Position numbers and translations under genes: made by a program. The notes under the pieces were generated by a model, which was not told the DNA's origin, made no database searches, and saw only the letters and a program-made list of their open reading frames with translations. Positions 52,076-61,870 of a DNA stretch of 64,000 bases are shown piece by piece. The stretch comes from a virus. Within the stretch, counting starts at the first letter, position 1, and each line of letters opens with the position of its first letter. Location: positions 14,910 through 78,909 of IMG/VR virus record IMGVR_UViG_3300001589_007665; one strand, written 5' to 3'.

Positions 52076-54274
52076 TTAAATTAGACAAGCACCACCGGCA
52101 CAACTAATTTCCTCTATTCCTACGGTATTATCCTCAGTTTCCATAAGCTGCGTATAATCAACCTTAGTAAAACTATTATATAAATCACAGTATATTTTCC
52201 AATTATATACGTCTTTCATACAATATGTTAATCTTTTTAAATCTTCTTCAAAATATTTTTTAGCGAACCTATGCATTTTTATAGCAAAGATTTTTTTATC
52301 GTCAGAGTCCTTGTCGGATTGCTGATCTAGCGTGATATAGTCACAAGCAGCCCATAGGTTTAAATTAAAGGCATTGAGTCCAAGTTCTATTAAACCAGAA
52401 CACCACAGTCCCGCGTCTCCATACTCTTTCACTATTTCTCTACTAGTGTAAACAGTAGTAAAAGGAGCTTGCGGATAATCTTTATCTCCACTTTGTGGTA
52501 TCAGACTAATTCCTGCAAAAAATTTACGATTATTATAAATAAACTTAGTAACAGATTCCCATTCGTCAGGTTGTACAGTAACTGTATTGCTAACATTGTG
52601 GCTTAGAAAGTCTTGAGTACATAAGGATCTGTTTTTTCCAGAATGCACCCAGTTTCTTTGAGCGTCTTTTACAACACCTAGCATCTCAACAGCAGGTAAT
52701 TGATTTTTTAGTTTTGACCCATCAGGCACTTCTATAGGAAATTTTACTACCTCATCTGTATCATTCGCAGACCAAGATGATTTTTCACAAGCTAACGGGT
52801 TATAGCTTTTAAAATATTGATATGGAGGTTCTAATATGTTGGCCTGTACATGCCTAATGTATCTTTTAGCATGGTGTGGATGAATGCCTGAACTAGTACC
52901 TAGCATACTACTACTTGTACCTTCTGGTTTTAAACAGGTTACTCTAGCAGCTTGATTAATGCCTATTATCTTAGCCAGTTCTTTATTTGTATCAACAGCA
53001 ATTTTAGCACCTTTTTTTAATACTTTTTCTGTTAAGACTAATTCATGTTTTTCCATAATGCCAGTTAGAGATACTCCTAGTAAAGCTTCTCTTTCAAAAA
53101 TAGCATTTGTTGTATCTCCTAAGTATTCTAAATCTGTAAAGCCAGCCTGTAATGTGCCAATAACAGCAGCTGCCTTACATCTTTCGTAAAAATCTTCTTC
53201 GTCAATTACAGAAGAACAATTAATAGTAGAAAGATTACAGCCTTGCCATCCAGACTTGCCTGTTTTTTCGTCAACAGGCCACATGCCTACTTCAACACAA
53301 GGGTTGAATGTCATTTCAGTAGAATCGCTCCAGATAAAACCTGGTTCTCCAAACTCTTTAACCGATTCCATGAGTTCTGAAAATTGTTCATATGTAGTAT
53401 CATCTTTCAAAAGCAAAGCAGAATTGTTGCTTCTGGCTCTTTGTGGATTATCTACATACCAGTTACCTGTCTTGGCCTTAGCCATCTCTTCGTCATCTGC
53501 ACTAAATAATGCTAAAGACGCACTTCTACGAACACCACCAGATAGTACAGCATCGCTGCTGTGCATAATAACATCATAAGCATCGATCGGTCGTAATTTT
53601 TTTTGCTTACTTTCAACACATGCCTCCAATAATTCTCTAATTTTTTCTAAACCTTTTTGTAGTGGTTCAAAACCAGGGGCTTTGCCAACACCAGAAGATA
53701 GGGTTGACCCCTTTTTACGAATATTGCTATAGTCAAAAACTATATACTTGTCTTTATATTCAGCAAATCTTGATTCACTAGGCTTACTAAAGTAGGAACT
53801 TAGTAAAACACCTAGAGAGTCTGCCCAGCCTTCGATACTGTCTTCTACTTTATACTTTACACCTTTTCTTTTGTCTTTTTTATTATGAGATAATGTTGGC
53901 AGTTTACTGATATGATGTTTTTGTACGCTAAAGCCCGTACCACTACCACACAACAGTAACCAAAAACATTCTTGAAAGAATCTTGAACGATCACAGTATG
54001 AACTGGTACAGTTATATATTTTTGCGTGTCTTTTTAATATCGGCTCTCCACCAAACTGTAAAGCTCTTTGGCTTCCTAATACTTTCTTCTTGAGCATAAT
54101 ATCGTACGCCCAATTAATTTGTTCTGTAATATTTTCATTTTTATATTGAGTATGCATCATGTTCTTGACACGATCTACTGCCTCTTTCCATGTCTCTCTA
54201 CGATTTTCTTTTTCTATCCATCTTGCATATTTACTAACGAAAGTATAGTTTTGCAGTTCGTTCAACGCCGACAT
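52076..54274 (-). CDS. nrdJ: Class II (adenosylcobalamin-dependent) ribonucleotide reductase
   Basis: YNC, GGVRRSA, NPCVE, CNL, KPEGTSS, YPQAP, C-terminal CAGGAC; no class I tyrosine pair. Confidence 0.85.
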   Translation of the reverse strand: MSALNELQNYTFVSKYARWIEKENRRETWKEAVDRVKNMMHTQYKNENITEQINWAYDIMLKKKVLGSQRALQFGGEPILKRHAKIYNCTSSYCDRSRFFQECFWLLLCGSGTGFSVQKHHISKLPTLSHNKKDKRKGVKYKVEDSIEGWADSLGVLLSSYFSKPSESRFAEYKDKYIVFDYSNIRKKGSTLSSGVGKAPGFEPLQKGLEKIRELLEACVESKQKKLRPIDAYDVIMHSSDAVLSGGVRRSASLALFSADDEEMAKAKTGNWYVDNPQRARSNNSALLLKDDTTYEQFSELMESVKEFGEPGFIWSDSTEMTFNPCVEVGMWPVDEKTGKSGWQGCNLSTINCSSVIDEEDFYERCKAAAVIGTLQAGFTDLEYLGDTTNAIFEREALLGVSLTGIMEKHELVLTEKVLKKGAKIAVDTNKELAKIIGINQAARVTCLKPEGTSSSMLGTSSGIHPHHAKRYIRHVQANILEPPYQYFKSYNPLACEKSSWSANDTDEVVKFPIEVPDGSKLKNQLPAVEMLGVVKDAQRNWVHSGKNRSLCTQDFLSHNVSNTVTVQPDEWESVTKFIYNNRKFFAGISLIPQSGDKDYPQAPFTTVYTSREIVKEYGDAGLWCSGLIELGLNAFNLNLWAACDYITLDQQSDKDSDDKKIFAIKMHRFAKKYFEEDLKRLTYCMKDVYNWKIYCDLYNSFTKVDYTQLMETEDNTVGIEEISCAGGACLI

Positions 54275-54395
54275 TATTTCTCCTTAAAAATTATTCTTGA
54301 GCAAGCCCTGGTAAGAAGTGATCATTTCATAGATATGATAAATCATAGGTTAGAGTTTTGCAAGGGCTACGGGACATTAAAACGTTAAGTTATTT

Positions 54396-54863
54396 TTATA
54401 ATACACCAGCTAAATTTTTGATCCAGGAAAAGTCTGTTTCAACTTTTTCTATAGTTATTTTTGTTTGGTGTACGAAAAGGTCAAATTTATTTTTTTCTTC
54501 CTGATTAAACAGATGTGTGCCGTGACTATCAGCCATAATGACTTTTTGTATTCCTTCTTGCCATAAAGACATAATACAATCATTACAACTTTGTCCTGTT
54601 ATATAAGCTACTCCATTATCCGGCCTAATCACACAATTAGATAGAGCATTTCTTTCTGCATGTATCATCCAATGATATTTTTCTGGTCTTGTTTTTGGTA
54701 AGGCAGCGTCGTCCATACCTTTTGGAAATCCGTTGTATCCTACTCCCAAAATTCTATGTTGCTGATCTGTTATTACACATCCGTGTTGTGTATGTATGTC
54801 ATGGCTGCGTTGAGAAATCAACTTAGCGATACCTAAAAAATAATTATTCCAGTCTGGTCTCAT
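54396..54863 (-). CDS. dCMP deaminase
   Basis: MRPDWNNYF, GYNGFP, HAERNA, SCNDC; start reassigned to ATG 54863. Confidence 0.9.
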   Translation of the reverse strand: MRPDWNNYFLGIAKLISQRSHDIHTQHGCVITDQQHRILGVGYNGFPKGMDDAALPKTRPEKYHWMIHAERNALSNCVIRPDNGVAYITGQSCNDCIMSLWQEGIQKVIMADSHGTHLFNQEEKNKFDLFVHQTKITIEKVETDFSWIKNLAGVL

Positions 54864-54869
54864 GTAATT

Positions 54870-54898
54870 ATCATATGTTAAATTAGGCACTGTGTCAA
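54870..54898 (-). promoter_or_regulatory. Sigma70-type promoter, probably producing a leaderless mRNA
   Basis: TTGACA-N17-TATGAT, 6 nt upstream of the ATG. Confidence 0.7.
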
Positions 54899-54910
54899 TA
54901 GCAAATAATA

Positions 54911-55963
54911 TTATTTCTTGTGCAAGATTGCGTAGTCGTAAAAACTGTCTATTTCGTCCTTGCTGATCTTTTGGCTGTTCTCGTCTGAATAGTTTAAAAT
55001 GAGATTGCTAACTAAATATTGTCTATTAATAAATTTTGCAGTTGCTATGTTTTTTGGATCTATGAATAATGTAAACAAACAATCAAGAGATTCTTTTATA
55101 AAGTAATCATATGCTACTTTAGCATTTACTTCTTGTACATAACTTTTTAAATAATTTTCTGTTAGTTTTAAGAACTTGATAAGTTGATCATTGCCTGTAG
55201 CATATAGGGCCGTACCTCCATTTATGTGTGTATTCATTACAGTCAGCCTTTTGCTCCCAACATCTTTTGTCTTCTGTTCTGTTCCATCATATATAGATCC
55301 ACATATCCAAAAATTACCATTATATTTAACGAAACCCCGTAATCTGTTTAACCAATCTTTACCAAAATAACAATCACATTCTAAAAACAAACATGTATTA
55401 TATTTTTGAAGCCAATCAAAAGTTTTATAAAAAGTATAATTAGGACCAGAATAATAACCATAATCTGGTATGGTAGCATACTCTTTATTGCTTTTTTTAT
55501 CATAGTATATATCATATTCTTTAGGAATATCTAAACATATAATTGTTACAGAATTAAAGAACTGTTTAAAGAATTTAATATCTATAGAGCTTTGCATATT
55601 TTGTTTGGTTACAACAACAAAGTCCAAGTCCACAGAATATGTATGCTTTTCAAGCTCTTCACAAAATCTCATATATAAACCGTTTGACAGCTCATTACCT
55701 GTCATCAAAAGAACAACGGCTTCTAGAGAATTTTTAAATTTTATAGGCTTGATATCAATATTTATTAATTCGTCTATAGCTGGCGAACACAAAGGGGTTG
55801 AACGATAATCTCTATTCTCTTCTTTGCCGTATTCTAAATAGTGTTGTTCGGCGTCTTTTTGGTTGTAAATACCAGCAGATACTAAATCATAATTATGAAA
55901 TAGGTATTGTCTCCATTTAAAGTTTACTGGTAATTTGTTTTCCATACTATAAAAACATTTCAT
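54911..55963 (-). CDS. Putative GT-A-like glycan-modifying protein with N-terminal Y..N.DL/HY...G..E.R module
   Basis: QYLFHNYDL...AEQHYLEYGKEENR; GPNYTF, LFLECDC (DxD-like), HINGGTALY. Confidence 0.45.
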   Translation of the reverse strand: MKCFYSMENKLPVNFKWRQYLFHNYDLVSAGIYNQKDAEQHYLEYGKEENRDYRSTPLCSPAIDELINIDIKPIKFKNSLEAVVLLMTGNELSNGLYMRFCEELEKHTYSVDLDFVVVTKQNMQSSIDIKFFKQFFNSVTIICLDIPKEYDIYYDKKSNKEYATIPDYGYYSGPNYTFYKTFDWLQKYNTCLFLECDCYFGKDWLNRLRGFVKYNGNFWICGSIYDGTEQKTKDVGSKRLTVMNTHINGGTALYATGNDQLIKFLKLTENYLKSYVQEVNAKVAYDYFIKESLDCLFTLFIDPKNIATAKFINRQYLVSNLILNYSDENSQKISKDEIDSFYDYAILHKK

Positions 55964-58118
55964 TTAAACAGTTGTTGAAAATCTTTTTATTAAATTTATT
56001 TTTTGTATATTGCTTCATATTATTTCTAATATTTGTCCAAATATTTTTATCTGTATATAACATAGCTATTTTTTCAGCAAAATCTTGATCATCTTTTCCT
56101 ATTAAGCATTCTTTTCCATTAGACCATTCTAGCTGTTTTGCAAGCAAAGGAGTTATAACTGAAGGCAAACCATAAGAAACAGCATTAGTAACTTTATGAG
56201 GTATGCCAGCAGCAAATCTTGTAGGACCAATAAATAGCTTGCAGTTATTATAATAAGAGTCTAATGCTTCGACACCACCTATTACTTTAATATTTTTGGT
56301 GTTATCTAAAGCCTTGATTGCTGGAGACCTGTTGTAGCCCACTAACAATAAATTGCAGTCTAGCTTATCTAGAGTTTTAGGCCATACATTATTAATAAAA
56401 TAGACTATAGAATCATAATTAGGATTATATTTATTTTCATTAATTATAGCTCCAACAAATAAAATATCTTTTCTTTTATTAAAAGATTTGTCTCCAAATC
56501 TAATTGGGTGGTAATGTCCAAGTATTTTAGTATTGGTGACTTTATTTTTTTCAAAAAAACCTTTTTCGTAATTAGACACAAGACATATCGTATCAGCAGG
56601 TTTGGTTATGGCAAGTTCTTTTAATCTGTGTCTGTCTTTAATCTTTTCAGATAGTTCTAGCCCATCTATTATCTCTGCTTGCAAAATCTCTCTATTGGCA
56701 TAAATTGCTTCAGCATCATATATTATTTTAGCTTTATTATTCTCCTTAATGTCATTCATATATCTTGCTGCATTATGTGGCCTACTAATAAAAGCAATAT
56801 CATATAAATTTTTTCTATCCAATATAAAACTTTTAAAATCTAAATCTTTATTAACAACCTCAACACCTAGTTGTTGAAATTCTGATAAAATATTTTTGTC
56901 TGTAACTGTTTCAGGACAAGTGGCATACAAAGTTATTTGTAAGCCTAAGGATGCAATATATTTTAAAATGTCGTATGATCTAGGATATCCTTGTCCTTTT
57001 TTAGGATCTGGCAATATATCATCTACATATAACAGTCTTTTGTTTTTATTAACGGATCTAGTTATATGTATGCTTTCTTGTCTAGAAGGAAAACTTTCTA
57101 ATGATTTATGCCATTTGCTAACAAATATATTTCTATTTTGTTTTTGAATGTCTAGGGCCTTATCTGCAAAAGTACTGTACTCAAAGTGATATATCTTAGA
57201 TAAAGGCTGATATATAATTTTATAGCCCATTTGTTTAAGCTTCATACAATAGTCTACTTCTTCATAATAACCAGGACTATATTCAAGATCAAAACCACCA
57301 ATCTGTGACCAAAGATCCTTTTTAGTTATTAATAATGCCCCAGAACAAAAATCTACTTGTTTAACATAATTATATTCTGGTTTTGTATAGTCATCATTTC
57401 TTCCATGCCCAAAACATGAACCGTCACTTAATACGATAGATCCGGCTTCTTGCAAAAGACCGTTAGACATAATTATCATGCCCCCAGCAGCACCAACATT
57501 TTTATTTTTAATCGTATGATATAAAGTAGACACTGTTTCTTTTAAAACTATAGTATCATTATTGAGAAATAGAATATAAGGAGCTTTTGATGAGTTTGTT
57601 CCTATGTTACAAGATTCTACAAAACCAAGGTTGGAACTATTATTAATAAGAGTAATACCCTGAACATATTCTTGTAAAACTTTATTAGTATTATCTGTGG
57701 AGCAATCATTGACCACAATGATCTCGCAATCTTTGATCATGTCTGCTTTGTATAAAGATTCTAGGCACGCTAGAGTATAATAGGGTTTATTATAACTAGG
57801 TACAATTATAGTAACTTTAGGCTTATTTGTTTTTTTGAAAATAATTTTTGTATTATTACAAATAGCTTGCCATTTGTCTATGGTCCTATTTAAAGACGTT
57901 TGTTGCAGCATTAAAGCAGCGGGTTTTGCTGTTTTATATTGTCTATTCTCTTTTATTCCAAATAACAGATAATGTTCTGTAGCGGATAACTCATCGTTAA
58001 CTCCGTTTTTTTGTAGGTCTGGATTTAGAGACAGATATGTTTTAAAACAAAAATCTGCTGGCCTTAAACTATGAAGATCTTTACATGATCTTGCTGTTTC
58101 TTGATTAGATTGCCACAT
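55947..58118 (-). CDS. Bifunctional GT2-GT4 glycosyltransferase
   Basis: VTIIVPSYN, VVNDCSTD, NLGFVESCN, FLNNDT, YYEEVDYC; C-terminal PTRFAAGIPHKVTNAVSYGLPSV. Confidence 0.88.
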   Translation of the reverse strand: MWQSNQETARSCKDLHSLRPADFCFKTYLSLNPDLQKNGVNDELSATEHYLLFGIKENRQYKTAKPAALMLQQTSLNRTIDKWQAICNNTKIIFKKTNKPKVTIIVPSYNKPYYTLACLESLYKADMIKDCEIIVVNDCSTDNTNKVLQEYVQGITLINNSSNLGFVESCNIGTNSSKAPYILFLNNDTIVLKETVSTLYHTIKNKNVGAAGGMIIMSNGLLQEAGSIVLSDGSCFGHGRNDDYTKPEYNYVKQVDFCSGALLITKKDLWSQIGGFDLEYSPGYYEEVDYCMKLKQMGYKIIYQPLSKIYHFEYSTFADKALDIQKQNRNIFVSKWHKSLESFPSRQESIHITRSVNKNKRLLYVDDILPDPKKGQGYPRSYDILKYIASLGLQITLYATCPETVTDKNILSEFQQLGVEVVNKDLDFKSFILDRKNLYDIAFISRPHNAARYMNDIKENNKAKIIYDAEAIYANREILQAEIIDGLELSEKIKDRHRLKELAITKPADTICLVSNYEKGFFEKNKVTNTKILGHYHPIRFGDKSFNKRKDILFVGAIINENKYNPNYDSIVYFINNVWPKTLDKLDCNLLLVGYNRSPAIKALDNTKNIKVIGGVEALDSYYNNCKLFIGPTRFAAGIPHKVTNAVSYGLPSVITPLLAKQLEWSNGKECLIGKDDQDFAEKIAMLYTDKNIWTNIRNNMKQYTKNKFNKKIFNNCLNEMFL

Positions 58119-58119
58119 A

Positions 58120-58611
58120 CTATTTGCAAATATTATTGTCTTTATCAGAAATTATTGTTGGCTCTATTGGCCAATCTATATTATAGTCTTTATAACAATA
58201 TGATTGATCCAATTTGCTATTATATTCATGGTCTTGTTGATATATTAAAATACAGTCTTCTAATGCTAAAAAGGCATGGCCACAAAATGCAGGAATGTAT
58301 AAACTATTAAATTTAGCTGATGTTAATTCTATTCCAAAATATTCTCCATATGTTTTGCTGGTAGGTCGTAGGTCCACACAAACATCATATACTGAACCAC
58401 TGATACAGGTAACATATTTTGCATATGGAGTCCTGTGAACGCCTCTTAAGGTCCCTTTTTTAGAAGAACTATAATTTGTTTGCACAGGTTTAAATGACGC
58501 ATCAGATTTAGAACTTTTGAAGATTTCACAAAAAATGCCTCTATGATCTTTAAACATAGTTGGCTCTATGCAAAAGCAATTATCTATATGGGTACTATAC
58601 TTATTCACCAC
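58120..58611 (-). CDS. rmlC: dTDP-4-dehydrorhamnose 3,5-epimerase
   Basis: DHRGIFCE, SKKGTLRGVH, DVCVDLRPTSKTYG, LYIPAFCGHAF. Confidence 0.92.
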   Translation of the reverse strand: MVNKYSTHIDNCFCIEPTMFKDHRGIFCEIFKSSKSDASFKPVQTNYSSSKKGTLRGVHRTPYAKYVTCISGSVYDVCVDLRPTSKTYGEYFGIELTSAKFNSLYIPAFCGHAFLALEDCILIYQQDHEYNSKLDQSYCYKDYNIDWPIEPTIISDKDNNICK

Positions 58612-59587
58612 TTAACATCCAGTCTATTGTTTTAGTTAGAGAATCATCAAAACTAATAGGCTGCTGCCATCCCATATTTCGAAGTTTACTGCCGTCAAGA
58701 CTGTATCTTCTATCATGACCGGGTCTGCTTTTTTCTAAATCAACATATTGTAGTCTAGGTTTTTTATTCATTGATAAACCTAGTTTTTTAACCATATCGT
58801 CATTATATAGCTCAACATCCCCAACCACATTATAGTGTTCTCCTGCTTTCCCGTGATTAAATAAAAATAGGGTAGCATTTGCTGCATTTCTTGCATGGAG
58901 CCAATGTCTTTGCCCTACATATTCAACATTGCCTTGACTATCTAACTTAGCATGTATCTTTACTGGCTGATTTCTATTTATGAGATCAATAGCTAAAGCA
59001 ACAAATTTTTCTTTATGCTGTCTTTCTCCAAAAAGATTCATAGTATAAGTATGAATAATTGGCAATTTGTATGTATTGTGGTATGCTATCCCCAATGCCC
59101 CTTGTCCTGCTTTACTAGCACTATAGGGATTACTAGGTCTCCACCTATCGTCCTCTTTAAAGTCGTACCCTTCTGGTGCTGGACCAAAAACTTCATCCGT
59201 TAAATAGTTAATAAATAAAGCCTTGGGGCAATATTTTCTATACCACTCTAATAAATTTAAAGTCCCCATAACATTATCTTCAACAAACTGTTTGGGGTGA
59301 GTTATACTGCGAGTAACATGACTATTTGCTGCTATATGAGCAACATAATCAACTTCTCCTATTGCTTCTATGGTATGAGGAGGTAGATCAAACTTTAAAT
59401 CGTGATATACTATCTTAATTCTATGAGCATTTTCTTTTACATGTAAACTATTGACTATTCTTTCCATATCTCCGACATAAGTTAATCTACACAGAGCTAC
59501 TATATTCCAGTCAGTATTTACTAATACCTCTTCTACAAAATGGGATCCTAAAAAACCGGAAGCACCGGTTATTAATACTGTTTTCAT
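58601..59587 (-). CDS. rmlB: NDP-glucose 4,6-dehydratase (RmlB-like)
   Basis: ITGASGFLG, AANSHVTRSI, TDEVFG, PYSASKA, RPGHDRRY. Confidence 0.88.
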   Translation of the reverse strand: MKTVLITGASGFLGSHFVEEVLVNTDWNIVALCRLTYVGDMERIVNSLHVKENAHRIKIVYHDLKFDLPPHTIEAIGEVDYVAHIAANSHVTRSITHPKQFVEDNVMGTLNLLEWYRKYCPKALFINYLTDEVFGPAPEGYDFKEDDRWRPSNPYSASKAGQGALGIAYHNTYKLPIIHTYTMNLFGERQHKEKFVALAIDLINRNQPVKIHAKLDSQGNVEYVGQRHWLHARNAANATLFLFNHGKAGEHYNVVGDVELYNDDMVKKLGLSMNKKPRLQYVDLEKSRPGHDRRYSLDGSKLRNMGWQQPISFDDSLTKTIDWMLSGE

Positions 59588-59608
59588 TTTTATCCTATAT
59601 GATAGATT

Positions 59609-59884
59609 TTAAGTATCGTGATGTTCGTCACTCAAGTCTGGTTCAACTTCAGTGCTTAACACTATATTAAGAGCAGCATCCTTTATGTCTACTTTCAAAA
59701 TTTTATCAGACCACGATAACAAAGCCTTGGTTATATCTCTTGGGTTAAGATCATCTCCTGAAGAGTCTATATGATCTTTTGCTTCGGAAGCGATTATACC
59801 AGGATTGGCCATATCTTCTACATATATATCTATAGTGTTTATGTCGTAAACTATAGAATCGAAATACTCAAAATGATTACTCAT
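59609..59884 (-). CDS. Hypothetical acidic protein
   Basis: 91 aa ORF in operon. Confidence 0.5.
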   Translation of the reverse strand: MSNHFEYFDSIVYDINTIDIYVEDMANPGIIASEAKDHIDSSGDDLNPRDITKALLSWSDKILKVDIKDAALNIVLSTEVEPDLSDEHHDT

Positions 59885-59887
59885 GTT

Positions 59888-60139
59888 TTATTTTTTCTCT
59901 GTTAATTTGTTATATAGTACTAGTGCAATAACTCCACCAGCTACTCCTAAAAATATACCAGATGGCTCTAATTGTGAATTAAAACCACAGATATAATGTA
60001 CTGCTCCTCCCATATAGGAACCAGCAACACCCAGCGCAATAGTTTTAAAAAAACCAAAATTTTCTTCTCCCGGTACTAAGCTTTTTGCAATAGCGCCAAC
60101 AAAAATACCATATACTGCCCATACTAATAAACTAAACAT
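59888..60139 (-). CDS. GlsB/YeaQ/YmgE (transglycosylase-associated) membrane protein
   Basis: WAVYGIFVGAIAKSLVPG...TIALGVAGSYMGG...GVAGGVIALVLY. Confidence 0.85.
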   Translation of the reverse strand: MFSLLVWAVYGIFVGAIAKSLVPGEENFGFFKTIALGVAGSYMGGAVHYICGFNSQLEPSGIFLGVAGGVIALVLYNKLTEKK

Positions 60140-60503
60140 TATTGGATGCCTCCACGATTTCTATAAGTTTTTCTTCCGTGAGTTCGTTACCTACTTCCAT
60201 GATTGATTCTGTCATAGATCTACCATATATTTTATATTGTTCTCTGCCTATGTGTTGTCTGATTGCCTTTTTTATTCTCATTACTGTATACCAAGAATTT
60301 CTATCACAAACTTTTTTGATTCTTTTTGCACAAGATTCCGGCGTTCGTTGTTTATCACAGTGCTGCATTATTCTAACTAAATTTAAAATAATACCTATAA
60401 TCATAATAGTTAAGATAATACTACCAAAGTTTTCATCTTTGCTTTTTTCTGCAGATTTAGTAGATATTGTTCGTGCTATATCTTCTAGTGTTTCATTATT
60501 CAT
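60132..60503 (-). CDS. Hypothetical single-pass membrane protein
   Basis: FGSIILTIMIIGIILNLVRI. Confidence 0.55.
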   Translation of the reverse strand: MNNETLEDIARTISTKSAEKSKDENFGSIILTIMIIGIILNLVRIMQHCDKQRTPESCAKRIKKVCDRNSWYTVMRIKKAIRQHIGREQYKIYGRSMTESIMEVGNELTEEKLIEIVEASNNV

Positions 60504-60795
60504 TGATTGATGTTATTGTTGGGTTAATAATTATTGTATTTTTAGAACCTTTTTCTTTGTCATCAGGTTCGCAGTATCCACAACTGACTTTTGCTATACC
60601 GTCACCACTTATATACCATCCTTTGCCTTTACAAATAGGACAGTCTTTTCTTTTGTATTTTTCTACAACCGTACCACCTTGCTCTGCTGCAATTTTACCG
60701 CCAACTAATGTTACAACAGAAACTGTACTATAGCTAGTAGTTGAAGCAGACAGTGCTACTACTCCGATTAATATGCCTATTGCTAGTATTTTCAT
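60496..60795 (-). CDS. Exported/membrane protein with CxxC...CxxC
   Basis: Signal-like N-terminus; CPICKGKG...CGYC. Confidence 0.55.
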   Translation of the reverse strand: MKILAIGILIGVVALSASTTSYSTVSVVTLVGGKIAAEQGGTVVEKYKRKDCPICKGKGWYISGDGIAKVSCGYCEPDDKEKGSKNTIIINPTITSINE

Positions 60796-60947
60796 TTGTT
60801 GAATATCCTGTCTAATAGATCTTTTAAAGGTCTTTTAGGTTTGGGTGTTGTGATATCGGTCGGTTTAAACATTTTTAAAATTGCTAATATAAAATTAGTG
60901 ATAGTCTTAACTAGACTATTTAATGCTATTTTATCTAATAATCTCAT
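60792..60947 (-). CDS. Small 51-aa protein not in the ORF track
   Basis: MRLLDKIALNSLVKTITNFILAIFKMFKPTDITTPKPKRPLKDLLDRIFNK; ATGA overlaps at both ends. Confidence 0.7.
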   Translation of the reverse strand: MRLLDKIALNSLVKTITNFILAILKMFKPTDITTPKPKRPLKDLLDRIFNK

Positions 60948-61870
60948 AAGTAAGCCTCAAATCCGTAATCTGGAAGTTTCTGTGGTGGAAATCCATTAAA
61001 GTCACTAAAGGCATAAGCTCCATTTTGCCTCAACATACCTTCTGCTACATCTGCATGTATTAAAAAAGAACCATCTGGGATAGGACCCCATTCTGGATGT
61101 CCTCCACTATTGAATTTACCCCAACTATTTTGTACGAGAAAAGCAGGCTCGTCGCCCGTATCATCGCAAGCTGTCCAGGCCATTGCATGATTCCAGCCTC
61201 CAGATTTTCTTGCAAATCCCTTCTTATCTCTTTTGTTTGAAAATCCATAGCTACTACATACACTTAATCCATACCCATTAGCAAGTGCGTCTCTAGCTTC
61301 TTCTACTGTTTTGATTAAAGACGCTGTCTTAACCTGATGATCATCTGCTTTGTCAATAACTTTATCTGGTAAACCTCTAGAGCCCCATCTTGTTCCTACA
61401 CTGCTATTATATTTACTAAAATCAGCTACTCCAGGATAATTTTTTCTGACTAAAACTCCACCTGTTTTACTTACAAATGAAGCAGCTCGACTGCAACTCA
61501 TACCTTGTCCACCATGACCACGACATCCGTATATGGCTTCTGTCGCTCCCCTAGCAATCCAGCTTTCTGCGTCTCCTTTGATATGAATTTCTACTGCTCT
61601 TGTTACATCACAAGCATTACGAGTAGCATGACTCACACAGTCTCCTGTGGTTTGTCTTTCAACATAACAGTTTTTATCAAAATGTAAAGCAGACTTAAAA
61701 GGAGTAGACAGCTTACCTTTTCCACTATCTTTAATTTTTTTTGATCCGTCTTTGAAATAGGCATATCTAGATGTTTCTATTAATTCATCATAAACATGCT
61801 GTTCCCAAAGACATCCACTAAAGCCTTTTCTGTATTCATTATATAATTGATCTGGTGTCATTCTTGGCAT
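60944..61870 (-). CDS. Papain-like (clan CA) cysteine peptidase
   Basis: QTTGDCVSHA (Gln/Cys), WNHAM (His), QNSWG (Asn). Confidence 0.8.
   Translation of the reverse strand: MPRMTPDQLYNEYRKGFSGCLWEQHVYDELIETSRYAYFKDGSKKIKDSGKGKLSTPFKSALHFDKNCYVERQTTGDCVSHATRNACDVTRAVEIHIKGDAESWIARGATEAIYGCRGHGGQGMSCSRAASFVSKTGGVLVRKNYPGVADFSKYNSSVGTRWGSRGLPDKVIDKADDHQVKTASLIKTVEEARDALANGYGLSVCSSYGFSNKRDKKGFARKSGGWNHAMAWTACDDTGDEPAFLVQNSWGKFNSGGHPEWGPIPDGSFLIHADVAEGMLRQNGAYAFSDFNGFPPQKLPDYGFEAYL

Noticed and set aside
54275-54395. Cobalamin riboswitch or NrdR box upstream of nrdJ
   Set aside because: Consensus elements not recognisable; kept only as a generic structured-leader candidate
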